Source: Adineta vaga (lineage: Eukaryota; Animalia; Rotifera). Taken from it: a stretch of 64,000 nucleotides of DNA. Shown one piece after another: positions 46,750-58,231 of this stretch. Within the stretch, counting starts at the first letter, position 1, and the number at the start of each line of letters is the position of its first letter. The position numbers were made by a program, and so were the translations under genes. The notes beneath the pieces were generated by a model. That model saw only the letters and a list, made by a program, of their open reading frames with translations. It was not told where the DNA came from and did no database searches. The stretch covers positions 4,402,001 to 4,466,000 of the forward strand of contig CP075494.1 in NCBI GenBank assembly GCA_021613535.1, given 5' to 3'.

Positions 46750-49700
46750 ATGCCAAGCTCTTCTTTTCTTATCCTTCCCGTAGAAATTTGTCACAACATT
46801 TTCGATTATCTCGATACTTCAACTATTCTTCATACACTCAGTCCTGTTTGTATTGAACTGTATGAATCAATTAAAACATACAATCGATTCAAATTTAAGT
46901 CTTCTTCTTTAAATAAATCTAATAAGAAACTTGTTGAAGGTCTAATCAAACCAGAGAACATCGTTTCATTGGCACTTGTCGACGACGATCGATCCGAATC
47001 GTTACAATCAAGTTCATTTCTTTCATGGTTTCAAATTGATCAGCTCACTCGATTAAAATCGTTAATTTTGGCTGAACTACCGAACAATTTATTGAATCAA
47101 TTCGTTCAGCATATTAGGAAAACAAACTTAAGATGTCTTTCAATTTCGTTTGGTCGCCAACAATCATCATCATCGCTCACAATTCTCAATAATCTGTCAA
47201 CAGCTATTACACAATTTGGTCTAAACAGTCTACATTTGAATATTTCAAATGTGAATAATATCACTATTTTAGAAATACCACAGTCAGTTCTTGTTGTTTT
47301 ACGACATTTGACAATGCATACAGTGAAATACGATGAATATCATGATATTCTAAGCGATTGTATTCATCTACAAGTATTCGTTATGAAAGATTGTACGGTA
47401 GAAAACTCTGATCTACTGAATACACCCTCCAATATTCGTCCTAGTTATCGACAACTGATGTCCTTGACAATCAACGGATGTTTTTTACCGGGCGATAAAT
47501 TGCGCTTTATATTATCATTGACACCATCATTAAATCATCTGACGATAATTCGATTAGGAATTTATGAAGAGACTACATATGAAAGTCGTCGATGGGAACT
47601 GTTTCTTCGGAACGAATTACCGTCTCTGTCAGAACTTCAAATTTGCTTCATTTATAATGTTCATTCAAATAGACATACTTTTTGGACTCCTCAGTCACTC
47701 ATCGAAACATTTAAAACGCATTTTTGGTTAAACGATAAACGATGGCTTGTTACATGTGATTATATCTTAATATCATCTCGAATAATAATCTATACAATAC
47801 CAATTCGTACAAATGACGATGAAGTGATCATTAGATATGATGCTTCGCCGTTGAGTGAAGATTGCCGTTTGGTGACAAGACATTGGTTGAATACTGGAGA
47901 TTACATTGAGACAGAAGAGGTATGTGGTGATCTACTTTCGTTCAAATAGAAAGTGATTGAAATTTTGATTTTGAATTCCATGTTAGAGTTTATTTTGGAA
48001 CACAATCATCTTTTTATTTGTTTTAATCAAATATTTTTGTTTATTTTCGAATATAGACGTTGACTTCACTCACACTCCGAGAGTATTCAATAATGTATGA
48101 CGGAGTGCATATTTTCGCCGAAGCATTAAAAAATAACCAAGTAAGTTTTTCTGTCACTACTAACCTTCATGAAATTTTCCTGTATTTTGGTAAAACAGAC
48201 ACTGAAAACACTTTGTTTTGAGAATAACAAAATTGATCGTGGTCTAATACCTTATGTACTACAGGCTATTGCCATGAATCGGGTAAACTATCGTATGCTT
48301 TATACTTTTATAAATACATTCCCTCATTCTCTTGATAGACATTGACTACAGTAAATATTGGATGTAGCCAAATCGGAATATCAGAAGCCGAAGATGTGAA
48401 TGAAATGTTACTAAGGAATTCGGTAATTTAATTTTTGATTTTTCTTTGTAATAATTTGAATTCTCTTTACAACGTAGCAATTGATTAGCGTAAACCTCCG
48501 AAACAATCAAATTGCTGATCAAGGAATAAAATTCATCGCCAACGCATTGAAAATAAACAAAGTAAATATCAACTTTATTATTTTTACCTCATACAGAATA
48601 CTTTCACTCATTATTATATCAGACACTGAAAATACTTAGTCTCGAACAGAATGGAATTGGTTTGGAGGGAGCAAAATATCTTGCAGAAGCATTATGTGAT
48701 AACAAAGTAACGTTTCATTTTTCTGAATCATTTTCTATATTGATTTCTCATAGACATTAATCACACTCTTACTTCAAAGCAATACATTCGGAGATAATGG
48801 AGCAAGACTAATTCAGATATGCTAATCAAAAATACAGTACTATTAAATCATTTTACTAAAACTATTTTATCTATTTTGATTAATACACATAGACATTAAC
48901 AACGCTCAGTCTTGCCTATAATCTAATCGAAACACCAGCGATCGAATATTTGATGAGCGTACTAAAAAGCAACAAGGTTATTTTGTATTTCTGTTTCATC
49001 GCAGTTTCACTTGCATTGATTTTTTTATCTCCATATAGACATTGATTAGTCTTGATATTGGTGGAAATAGTATAGATTCATTAGGAGCTAAATCGATTGC
49101 AAATGCATTGCAAAACAACACGGTAGGAACTATCATTTTGAATATCTATAAAAATCTTTTTGCATAGACATTAACAACATTGATTCTTGAAATGAATCAA
49201 ATTGGCCCTGTGGGAGTTCAATATTTAGCGAGTGCGTTAAAAAAGAATACGGTAATTACAATGTCATTTTCATATTATCAAAAATTATTCCTATTCTCTA
49301 ATCAAAAGACATTACAAACACTCAATTTACGATCCAATAATATCGGATCGAAAGGAGCTGAACATCTTTCCAATGCATTACAAATAAATACTGTTAATTT
49401 AACTCGAAATGTACCTTTCACATTCGTTTCTTTTTATTATTCTAATAGACATTAAGAACACTCAATTTACGAGGAAATAAAATTGAATCATTAGGATGTG
49501 AACATATGGGAAATATTCTTCGAGAAAATAAGCTCAGTTATCATTTCAACTTTTCTTTTTACGAATATTTTTTGATGTAGACTTTAATTACGATTAATCT
49601 GGAAAATAATCAAATCAAAGATGAAGGCATCAAATTCATTGCCAATGCACTATATCACAATCAAGTGACTATACGCTATCATGCAATAATATATACATTT

Positions 49701-49965
49701 GATATATATTTGTAGACTTTAACAACATTGTTGCTTGCAAAAAATTCGATTGAAAAATCAGGAATTGAATATCTCGAAAATACATTACAACATAATACTG
49801 TACGTTGTACTTGTGATTATGTTTTTTTAGATTTTTTTAAATGTTCTTCTTCTTCAGACAATCACCACACTTAATATCGATGATGATGGCGTCAACAATA
49901 TGGATGTTATCAAACAATTACTCACAAGAAATCAAGATATCTGCAATACAATACACGAAATCTGA
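46750..49965 (+). CDS. F-box protein with C-terminal RI/NLR-type LRR array (13 one-repeat exons plus a terminal exon)
   Basis: LILPVEICHNIFDYL F-box in exon 46750-47919, then phase-0, mostly 84-nt exons (48057-48140 onward), each TLxxLxLxxNxIgxxGaxxlaxxLxxN. Two exons are anomalous. Confidence 0.85.
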
Positions 49966-51851
49966 TCATTTCTTCATTTTTATCTGTAATTGATTAGACA
50001 AAATATTTGTTTTTTTTTCCTTCTAAATCACTATATAAGCAAGAGTAAAAATTCTCAAATAAAATCTTTCAACAGTCTTACCAGAAAAGAGTACACTATG
50101 TGGAGAATAATCAGAAGATTCTCTGCATCTGCTTCGAAACCACATTCACATCAACATCATGATACAACTTTTAGATTCATATTTTATTTCATTCTAAATT
50201 AACACAAAGTTCTCAAAAAAATTATTTGAGCCAACTGAGAAGTCCGTAATACTTTCAAACGTTATCATCGTTCTTACGCTTCTTAAAAACACTACCATTC
50301 AGAGCAAGACGCCGTGTATGATCATGAGCAATAGGATCATACCAACCACGGCATTTATTACACATTTGACACGTAGAACCATCATACTGAAGGCGAACTT
50401 CAGATGTTAGTGGTTTTTACTTATTCATAATTACAAAGGTAAACAACAGATGAAACATGAACTTACTTGCATTTTGTTGAAAATCTGCTCGTAGACCTCT
50501 GAGCAATCCCTTGGCTGAGCGTACATGTGAAATTTCTACATCAATATCTTGTTTTTTTTCAAATAATTGTGTGCAGTGCGTTTAACAATGATTTGAAGGA
50601 GTTTCTTATTTAAGTTTTCTCTCTCTTTCTTTCATATTATTTTTATTAATTGAGTCGAGAAAACAAACGTTTCGAACTAAAGAATTAGCGATCAGTATAA
50701 GTGAATCAATGTCAAATGGGTCGATTTTATGTATGGTCGTTCTCTAAAAGCCTTCTCTATCTCACGCTTATGCGTGTCGATACGTTGCCGATCATCTTCG
50801 GTTAGATCAAGTATATTAAAAATAGCATAGTTTGTGTCTCCTATACAAACCTCTTCGAATTCTGTTTCGATTAGTCATTGCGCAAGGAGCAAAATCGTGA
50901 GTAAATGCATCTTGACCAAGTAGAGCGTTAGCCAAAAATAATCAACTCGTAGGATTCTTTCGAGAATGATAATCCCTTATCTGAAAAACAATAATGACAA
51001 TATATGTTCTTGTAAAATTAATGAGATCAAACGAGCATTTTTTACAAACTATAGTTTTATTAAATATGAAGACAGAGATATTAACTAACATAATGTCTTT
51101 TCTTTTCAAAAGATAAATTATTCTCACACAATACGTAACTATTACTAATCAAATACAAAGTTAGTTACTCATCTGTTATCAGGCAACACATTTTATCACC
51201 TATGAGACGCTGTGAACCTCGTTGATTTCTATATACGAGAGACGATACAAATATCTTAATACTATATTTCGAGCACATTTATATATCAGTTGTTATTCAA
51301 TTGAATTAACATTAGAATGGTTTTATAATATTCCATGTGTAATCTTCCATTGCTTCGAGATTTTCGACAATTGAATCGTACACTTGATTCTCGTCCAAGA
51401 AAACCAAAGTGGAATGTTCTTTCATTATAGTTAATGAAATAACAATAACTAATCAGATCATGAGTTCAGTATCTATATAAATTGAAATATGGAATCATTG
51501 TCACCCGAAATAGATATAGCAGATAGATTAGATCTCCCATCACTTATTTATCAAGGATGTGATTGTGCATTATCATCTCGATGAATGTTAGCTGATTGTT
51601 ATCTCCAATTAACCTTTCAATACTGATATGATCAAGAATGAATCAATTCAATGAGGAAATTCAAAGCATTGGATAATATGAATTATTTTCAAATAGAATC
51701 AAACTTAATCATACAATAATGATAAAATCTCATCAACTATTGACCGATATCAGTTATTTTCACCTATAATTGTATCTCAGTTATACTAATAATCTTTTCA
51801 ATAAACTTCGTATATTATTTCAAAGACTTGAATATAAATTCCTTATGTAAG

Positions 51852-51878
51852 CACTCGTTCACCCTCACCTACACTCTC
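51852..51878. repeat. Telomeric-hexamer half copy 8
   Basis: CACTCGTTCACCCTCACCTACACTCTC abutting the stop codon at 51880. Confidence 0.4.
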
Positions 51879-51879
51879 G

Positions 51880-52365
51880 TCAAAACACTTTTTCAAGTCC
51901 TGTCCAATTAAGAACCCATCCACGTTTTTTTGCATACTTCAGTAGTTCTTCAGATGACTTAATGCCATCTCCAGTACCAAGATAGACACGAAAACCAGTA
52001 TAAGTTGCATTATAGATCGCAGTTGCGCCATTTATGTACCATATTGAATTCATTCCACCAAGACTTGTTAGGTAAGTAGGCGTGGTACTAAATTGACAGT
52101 GTGCCGTGTTGACTTGAATGATAAGACCAACACTTGAGGTATAAGGTTTGAACTCATCTGCTGGTACTTGACCGTGACAAATAAAAGGAGATTGCATTGC
52201 AAGTCTCTTGAGCTCATCTATTTCAGCTTGTTGCGTATTTAATCGATGAACTAAACTACTATATGCTGATTCGGAAAAAGAACCATCACTCGATTGTAAA
52301 TTGCTCTGACTATAAGCAGAAAGCAATATTGCAAGCACCAATATCGATTGAGAAAGAAAAGCCAT
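51880..52365 (-). CDS. Small secreted protein: signal peptide, coiled coil and H-type-lectin-like beta domain
   Basis: MAFLSQSILVLAILLSAYS; LNTQQAEIDELK; FSTTPTYLTSLGG...GATAIYNATYTGFRVYL...WVLNWTG. Fold assignment is tentative. Confidence 0.6.
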   Translation of the reverse strand: MAFLSQSILVLAILLSAYSQSNLQSSDGSFSESAYSSLVHRLNTQQAEIDELKRLAMQSPFICHGQVPADEFKPYTSSVGLIIQVNTAHCQFSTTPTYLTSLGGMNSIWYINGATAIYNATYTGFRVYLGTGDGIKSSEELLKYAKKRGWVLNWTGLEKVF

Positions 52366-52730
52366 TAATGAAACCTTGACGAAGAAACAACGTGATATAC
52401 AGAACCCAGTGGTATTCGTTTTTTCTTTTTCAAGAAAATTTTATTTTTTCTGATTGGTAATTAAGCGCAAAAGCTTATGTAGCCTTTGTTTTTTCAATTT
52501 CTTGAAAGAGCTAGAGTTACAGAGGATTAAGTTATGCATACAATGTTTCAAATTAGTTATTAGTACGAGGGACTACCAGGATTTATTAACATTTATTTAC
52601 TTCACAAGGATTTATTCCCGGAATCACACTCACATTCAAAAAATCAGTAGCGATTTGAAGTTTCCACCCTTTTTCTCGACAACTTTAAGTCCGATCGGAT
52701 TGAAAATTTTGTTGGGGTACTTCAACTGAT

Positions 52731-52790
52731 TTGAGGGTGTGCGTATATCCTCTTCACTCACACCCACACCCACACCCACCCCTCAAGATG
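52731..52790. repeat. Telomeric-hexamer palindrome, copy 9
   Basis: TTGAGGGTGTGCGTATATCCTCTTCACTCACACCCACACCCACACCCACCCCTCAAGATG; the end is the reverse complement of the copy 1 start. Confidence 0.8.
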
Positions 52791-53057
52791 GTTCTATTAT
52801 CTAATTATCTGTAGTCAGAAATTCTAGATAATTTTTCAATCACATAATCATTGGTATCTGTATCGAATAGCATGTGGAGAATACAATGAGAAAAAAGAGT
52901 AATTGAACCCATTATTGAAATACGAATGAATGATATGGTGATAAAAGGAATCAATTGATAATATCAAATAAAAATCTTCATATTTCTCAATCTTTCACTT
53001 ACAATTGCAATGCATAATATTTATTAGTACAAACGACGAAATATTCAAAGCTGAAAC

Positions 53058-53801
53058 TCACAACACTTCATCTAATTTTTGATAAAAACTGATTTTCTTT
53101 TTATCAATGTCAGAATGTATTCCATATGCATTGAGAAATACTTCACTGAAACCATCACCTAAATTATATTGAATACTGCGAAGACCAAGTGCGATATCAA
53201 AATAACGATCAGCTATTCCTGCGCGACCAACATCAACAAAACCAATGACACGACATTCATCGTCAGCGAAAATAATATTTGGTAAACAGTAGTCACCATG
53301 AGTAAATACAAGATCTTCGTCTGGTGCAATGGAAATCAATTCATTCAGAATATTTTCATCTTTTCCTTGTATCTTTAATTGATATGATGCTTCATCGAAT
53401 TTCTGAGTAAGTCGCATATCGAATGGACACTCAGTGATATCAATTGTATCATGAAGATGACGAAGTGCACGACCTAATTGAGTAACAAGCATTTTTGGAT
53501 CATGTTTTGTCCATTTCGTTTGAGCAGCATCTTTTCCAATCAATCGACTCATCATTAAATACTCAAATCTTTCATCTTTATCATAATCGATTATATCTGC
53601 CACATTTACTTTTCCTTTCATCCATTCAATTTTGGATTTTTCATCAAATAAACTTGATCTTTCATTATTCATTTGTTTTTTTAACACGAATTGATTTGTT
53701 TGATACACTTTTGCATTTGATTCACCAATAGTAACACATTCCCAATCAAATCTTCCATATTTCTCTTGCAATCTCTTACTTAATTCTACTTTCATTGTCA
53801 T
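53058..53801 (-). CDS. Aminoglycoside 3'-phosphotransferase APH(3')-like kinase
   Basis: GESNAKVY, FVLK, LRHLH..DITECPF, DLVFTHGDYCLPNIIF, GFVDVGRAGIADRYFDIAL, FYQKLDE. Intronless; ORF is open from 53840. Confidence 0.9.
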   Translation of the reverse strand: MTMKVELSKRLQEKYGRFDWECVTIGESNAKVYQTNQFVLKKQMNNERSSLFDEKSKIEWMKGKVNVADIIDYDKDERFEYLMMSRLIGKDAAQTKWTKHDPKMLVTQLGRALRHLHDTIDITECPFDMRLTQKFDEASYQLKIQGKDENILNELISIAPDEDLVFTHGDYCLPNIIFADDECRVIGFVDVGRAGIADRYFDIALGLRSIQYNLGDGFSEVFLNAYGIHSDIDKKKISFYQKLDEVL

Positions 53802-54902
53802 TCTATTTAACAAAAAAAACTTTCTCGATATTCTTATCATATTATTTAGTCATAAAGTGAACGAATACAATAAAAGCCAAATAGATGGCAGTTGATCTTT
53901 GTCAAATCAAAATATCTTATGAGCAGATGAAATCGTTCATTTTCTGTTTGAATATTTTAAATATAGACGAGAAATCATTGACAAACAAGTATAGTTCAAT
54001 ATTCTTTCGTTTAGTTATCTTTTAATTGTTTCAATTGAATGCAAGATCCTTCTGCACTAAGAATCAGATTTCTAATTGTTTCTAACATTGGTCAACGGAG
54101 ATCACTATGATTTATCTTTTCAACATATTTAATAAAGAAAACGTTTCGATTTTTCGACTAATCTTTTTCAACATTTGGTAATCTTATACTCTCATTGTTG
54201 ACCATAATATCTCAACGTATATGATATTGTGATCTAATTCGAACATGTTGACCAACAGCTGAATGTACTGTAACCGTTAGATGTGATAAATAGCCTGTTT
54301 AGTTTTGTTTTTCATGTGAGTGAACGTTTCTTTTATTTTAGATATCGGTTCAATATTCAATTATGAAATCTAAACAAAACACAGAAAACAAGTAAGACAA
54401 TGTGGTAATATCAAATTCCTTCTGAACAATAAAAGTTCTTTTCGGTCTGATCTTATTTTGGAATAAACGGTAATACTTAAAAATTTGCTTTTCGAGATAA
54501 AACAAAATAGAATATTAGATAGACAGACACTAAGTTTATCGATTCAAGTCACCTTAAAATCGAGTATTTCTGAAATTTATGATTAAATCAAGTCTTGAGA
54601 AGAACATGTTAGCACACATGGAATGAATAATCAAAGAACGAAAGAAACATGTAAACTACCAACCTACATAAACAAATCCTTCTTTTTCTTTTCAGCTGAA
54701 TTACTCTTTAACAAAACCACCACTCGTATATTTAATACTGATTGATATCCAATTTACACAGGCAAAAAGAGTCTTGCCAACATGAATAGTTTAGTTAAAA
54801 TAAAAAGAATTTAAACTAGAATAAAAAAATCGATTTTTGTATTTTTCTTATCGTCTATAACAATCGTTCATAATCACAAAAAATTAACAATATTTGATAC
54901 TA

Positions 54903-55590
54903 TTAAAAAGAGCTTTTCTGTTTCAAATCAGATTCATCTATTGTTTTTATTGGATTTTGTTCATTTCGTCTAATTTCTTTTTCATAACGAATTAATTGAA
55001 TAAGAAAACTATAATTTGGTGCAACAATTGGTCTTTTCTCCAATAGATATTTATACGCTTGCTCCAAACTATCATTATGATATCTAAACAAGAAAAACTT
55101 CGATTTTTTTCAAATAAATTTCTTTCTCATACTTGATTAAATAAGCCAAAACAATTGATGATGATCTAGATATTCCAGCTTGACAATGAACTAATACTTT
55201 TTCATTCTTCTCTTTATATTTGCATAGAAGATCATTTGTTCGATCAAGATGTTTGTTAAGTTCACCTTGAAAATTATCTTCCAAATCTTCTATCCATATA
55301 ACATCAAACACTTCACATATGTTTTTATCTAATGGACAATCACATACATTAATAATATGTTGAATTTTAAGTTCTAAAAGTAAATCCATATCAATAGCAT
55401 GTCCTAAATCACCATGATAAAGAAAATTATCAATTACAATTGAAGGTTGACTAGGATCTTCATGTGGTAAATTCATTTTCGATCGTTGAATTTCAATTAA
55501 TTTTTCTAATGCTGTCAATTCTTCATCTGTTGCTTGAAGTTCATTTCTAAGTCTTTCTTGAATATTTTCATCAAGAAGATTTTTATTCAT
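54903..55590 (-). CDS. Atypical dual-specificity protein phosphatase; intron 55084-55132
   Basis: VLVHCQAGISRSSSIVLAYL signature; KRPIVAPNYSFLIQL in exon 2. Confidence 0.9.
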
Positions 55591-56294
55591 CTAAATAACG
55601 AAAAGGATTTTATTCAAATGACAATTTATATGTTGGAGAAAAAATGTAACACCCTATCGATTGGTTGAAGTCTTTTAACCAATTCAAATCTTCTGTCAAG
55701 AGGTTTCGCCAGGTGATATATAGTTCACAAAAACCAGCACAAAGAATCAATAAGATGTGTCCCCATTGGAACATTAAAATAAGTTTTTGAAAGCATTGTA
55801 CCATTACTCGAAGTTAAAATATAGATTGAATCTATGGGAAATATTGATAAAAGAAGGAGAAATAGTGTTAACATTTGAATGTTCTTTTTCTATGTAAATG
55901 AGACATATTTTATTGCATTTGGAATCGAAAGAATGATACTTCGAAACAATGTAAAAAAGTGCACCACTTCAAACTCTTCTTGTCAAAAAGAAGACTAAAA
56001 TTTTCATAAATATCCCTCATTCAAACATTCTACTTAATGAATGTGTACTTTTTGAATCCAAATTTATTTGAATGAAATGTATTAGCCATTGTATAATGAT
56101 GAAAATCAAAGTTGGAAAAGCTCCATTTTTTCTTTTATTGTTCTTCCTTTCTTTAATAACACGTCATTGTTGGTAAACGAAACTTTATATATAAACCATG
56201 CTGCTTCTTTTTATGTTCTTCTGAAAAGTTTTAAGATAAAAAATAATTTTCATGAGGTAAGAAAAGTGTTTTGTTTTTCTAGAGATTTTTAACA

Positions 56295-58079
56295 ATGGCA
56301 GGAATTAATGAACCACCTCTTATACAGGGAAATCGATATTGTGATCCATCCACAGAAATCAATGTTCTTCTATTAGGACCTACCGGCATCGGTAAATCTA
56401 CATTTATCAATGGTTTAGCAAATTATATCTGTTATGATACATTAAATGAAGCGGTTAATGATGAACTTCAAGCAGTCATTCCCTCTTCATTTTCCTATAA
56501 TGATGATGCGGGAATCGATCGAACGATTCGAATTGGAGATGCAAATGAACATGAAAGTTTCAATGATGATGGCCATTCCTGTACACAACTATGTCGAAGT
56601 TTTGTTTTTCCAGTTGGTAAAAGAAATTTACGAATAATTGATGCACCTGGTATCGGAGATACACGAGGTCTTGATCAAGACGCAAAAAATTTCCATGAAA
56701 TTCTAACATATATTTCACAATATGAACATTTAAATGCTGTTTGTATTCTATTGAGACCAAATGAAGAAAGATTGAACATTCTTTTTCGATTTTGTGTCAA
56801 TGAACTTCTTCGACATCTACATAAAAGTGCCAGTGAAAATATCATTTTCGTTTTTACCAATGCTCGATCGACATTTTTCAAACCCGGTGGTACATCAAAA
56901 CTTCTTCGTAAACTCCTTGAAGAACATCTCACTGAACGTGATGTTAGTGTACCATTTTCGGCAACAAATACATTCTTATTAGATAACGAACCTTTTCGTT
57001 ACTTAGCATTGCGTCAAAGTGGTTTTCAACTCGATCAAGAACAAACATCAAGTTACGAGAAAAGTTGGGATCATACTGTAAAAGAATATGCTAAACTTAT
57101 GAATTATATTGTAACACGACCACTTCATGCTGTTAGTAATACTGTTTCATTAAATGAAGCTGAACAATTAATACGAAAATTAGCACGACCAATAGCTGAA
57201 ACAGCGAAATTGATTGAACAAAATATCCAACTTGCACAACAACATAAAGATGATGTTTTAAAAAACCCACAAATGATTGAACAAGGTTTACCACAAAATA
57301 ATGTTCAAATTAAACATTTGAAGTACCCACGAACTGTTTGTGTTAATGAAAAATGTTGTCGATCGATCATTGTCAATAATGAAAAGAAAATTGAATACAT
57401 ATCACAATGCCATGAACATTGTTATCTTAAAGGTGTCGTTCAAGAAACGATCAGAGATCAAAGAATACGCGATTGTGAAATTATGGAATTTAAGACAGGT
57501 AAATGTATGAAATGTGGTTGTTCTTGGAAAGAACATCAACATATTACGTATGAATATCAAACAAATCTAACACGTCTCGGTGGAAGATTATCGTTGGACG
57601 ATATTGATCAACGAATTAGTGATTTACGTAGAGAAAAATCTCAAATTGAAGATGTTTATAAACAACTTGCAAAATTTCTTCATGCAAATGCAATTCTTCC
57701 CATTCATGATGATATTATTGAATATCTCAAACATTTTATTCGTGAAGAACAAATGAAAAAGAATCAAGATGTCGTTCGAGGTCTTGAGAAAATGTTGGAA
57801 AATTATCTCGAAGAAATCGATTTATTCAAAAAAACAATCGAAAATCTTAAAGATCCATCGAATGAAAGAGATGTTTTAAAACCTGATCAAATCTTTCCAT
57901 TAGTTGGAACACTTTATCGATTACCTATTAATGGACAAAAAATTCGTGAACAAGTTGATGGAATAAAAATAACTCAAGGAGATATCTCAGCTAGTCGAGA
58001 AGTTTTTATTCAATTACCGGAAAAAGCGAGTCGATCGAAAGTAATGTCACAATTTAGAGATGCTTTTAAGACAAAATAA
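56295..58079 (+). CDS. P-loop GTPase (septin/AIG1-like G domain) with Cys/His-rich region and coiled coil
   Basis: LLLGPTGIGKSTFIN, SCTQ, IIDAPGIGDTRG, FVFTN; CHEHCYL and CMKCGCSWKEHQH. Intronless. Confidence 0.8.
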   Translation: MAGINEPPLIQGNRYCDPSTEINVLLLGPTGIGKSTFINGLANYICYDTLNEAVNDELQAVIPSSFSYNDDAGIDRTIRIGDANEHESFNDDGHSCTQLCRSFVFPVGKRNLRIIDAPGIGDTRGLDQDAKNFHEILTYISQYEHLNAVCILLRPNEERLNILFRFCVNELLRHLHKSASENIIFVFTNARSTFFKPGGTSKLLRKLLEEHLTERDVSVPFSATNTFLLDNEPFRYLALRQSGFQLDQEQTSSYEKSWDHTVKEYAKLMNYIVTRPLHAVSNTVSLNEAEQLIRKLARPIAETAKLIEQNIQLAQQHKDDVLKNPQMIEQGLPQNNVQIKHLKYPRTVCVNEKCCRSIIVNNEKKIEYISQCHEHCYLKGVVQETIRDQRIRDCEIMEFKTGKCMKCGCSWKEHQHITYEYQTNLTRLGGRLSLDDIDQRISDLRREKSQIEDVYKQLAKFLHANAILPIHDDIIEYLKHFIREEQMKKNQDVVRGLEKMLENYLEEIDLFKKTIENLKDPSNERDVLKPDQIFPLVGTLYRLPINGQKIREQVDGIKITQGDISASREVFIQLPEKASRSKVMSQFRDAFKTK

Positions 58080-58231
58080 AATTCATATCGTGTAACTTAT
58101 GTCTTCTCGTAAAAAGAATATATCATCGAAATAAATCCGAAAATTCTGTTGTATGATGATCAGTGAGAAAAAGATGTGCGAGTATTATTAACGAGATATT
58201 TTATCAGAATTTTATTATTGTTGAAAAGAAT

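Noticed and set aside
48057-49860. Regularly spaced repeat units suggestive of a CRISPR-like array
   Set aside because: Units are LRR exons separated by GT-AG introns; no identical repeats or cas genes.
50098-50460. Possible small mitochondrial-targeted ORF (MWRIIRRFS...) and an opposite-strand CxxC fragment
   Set aside because: No consistent spliced model could be built.
53058-53840. APH as cloning-vector kanamycin marker contamination
   Set aside because: Protein is clearly diverged from nptII/aphA markers, AT-rich like the host, and has no vector sequence around it.
53920-54300. Possible decayed F-box/LRR relic (similar hints near 51200-51800 and 26800-27400)
   Set aside because: Only faint leucine-rich fragments with many stops; cannot support without alignment.
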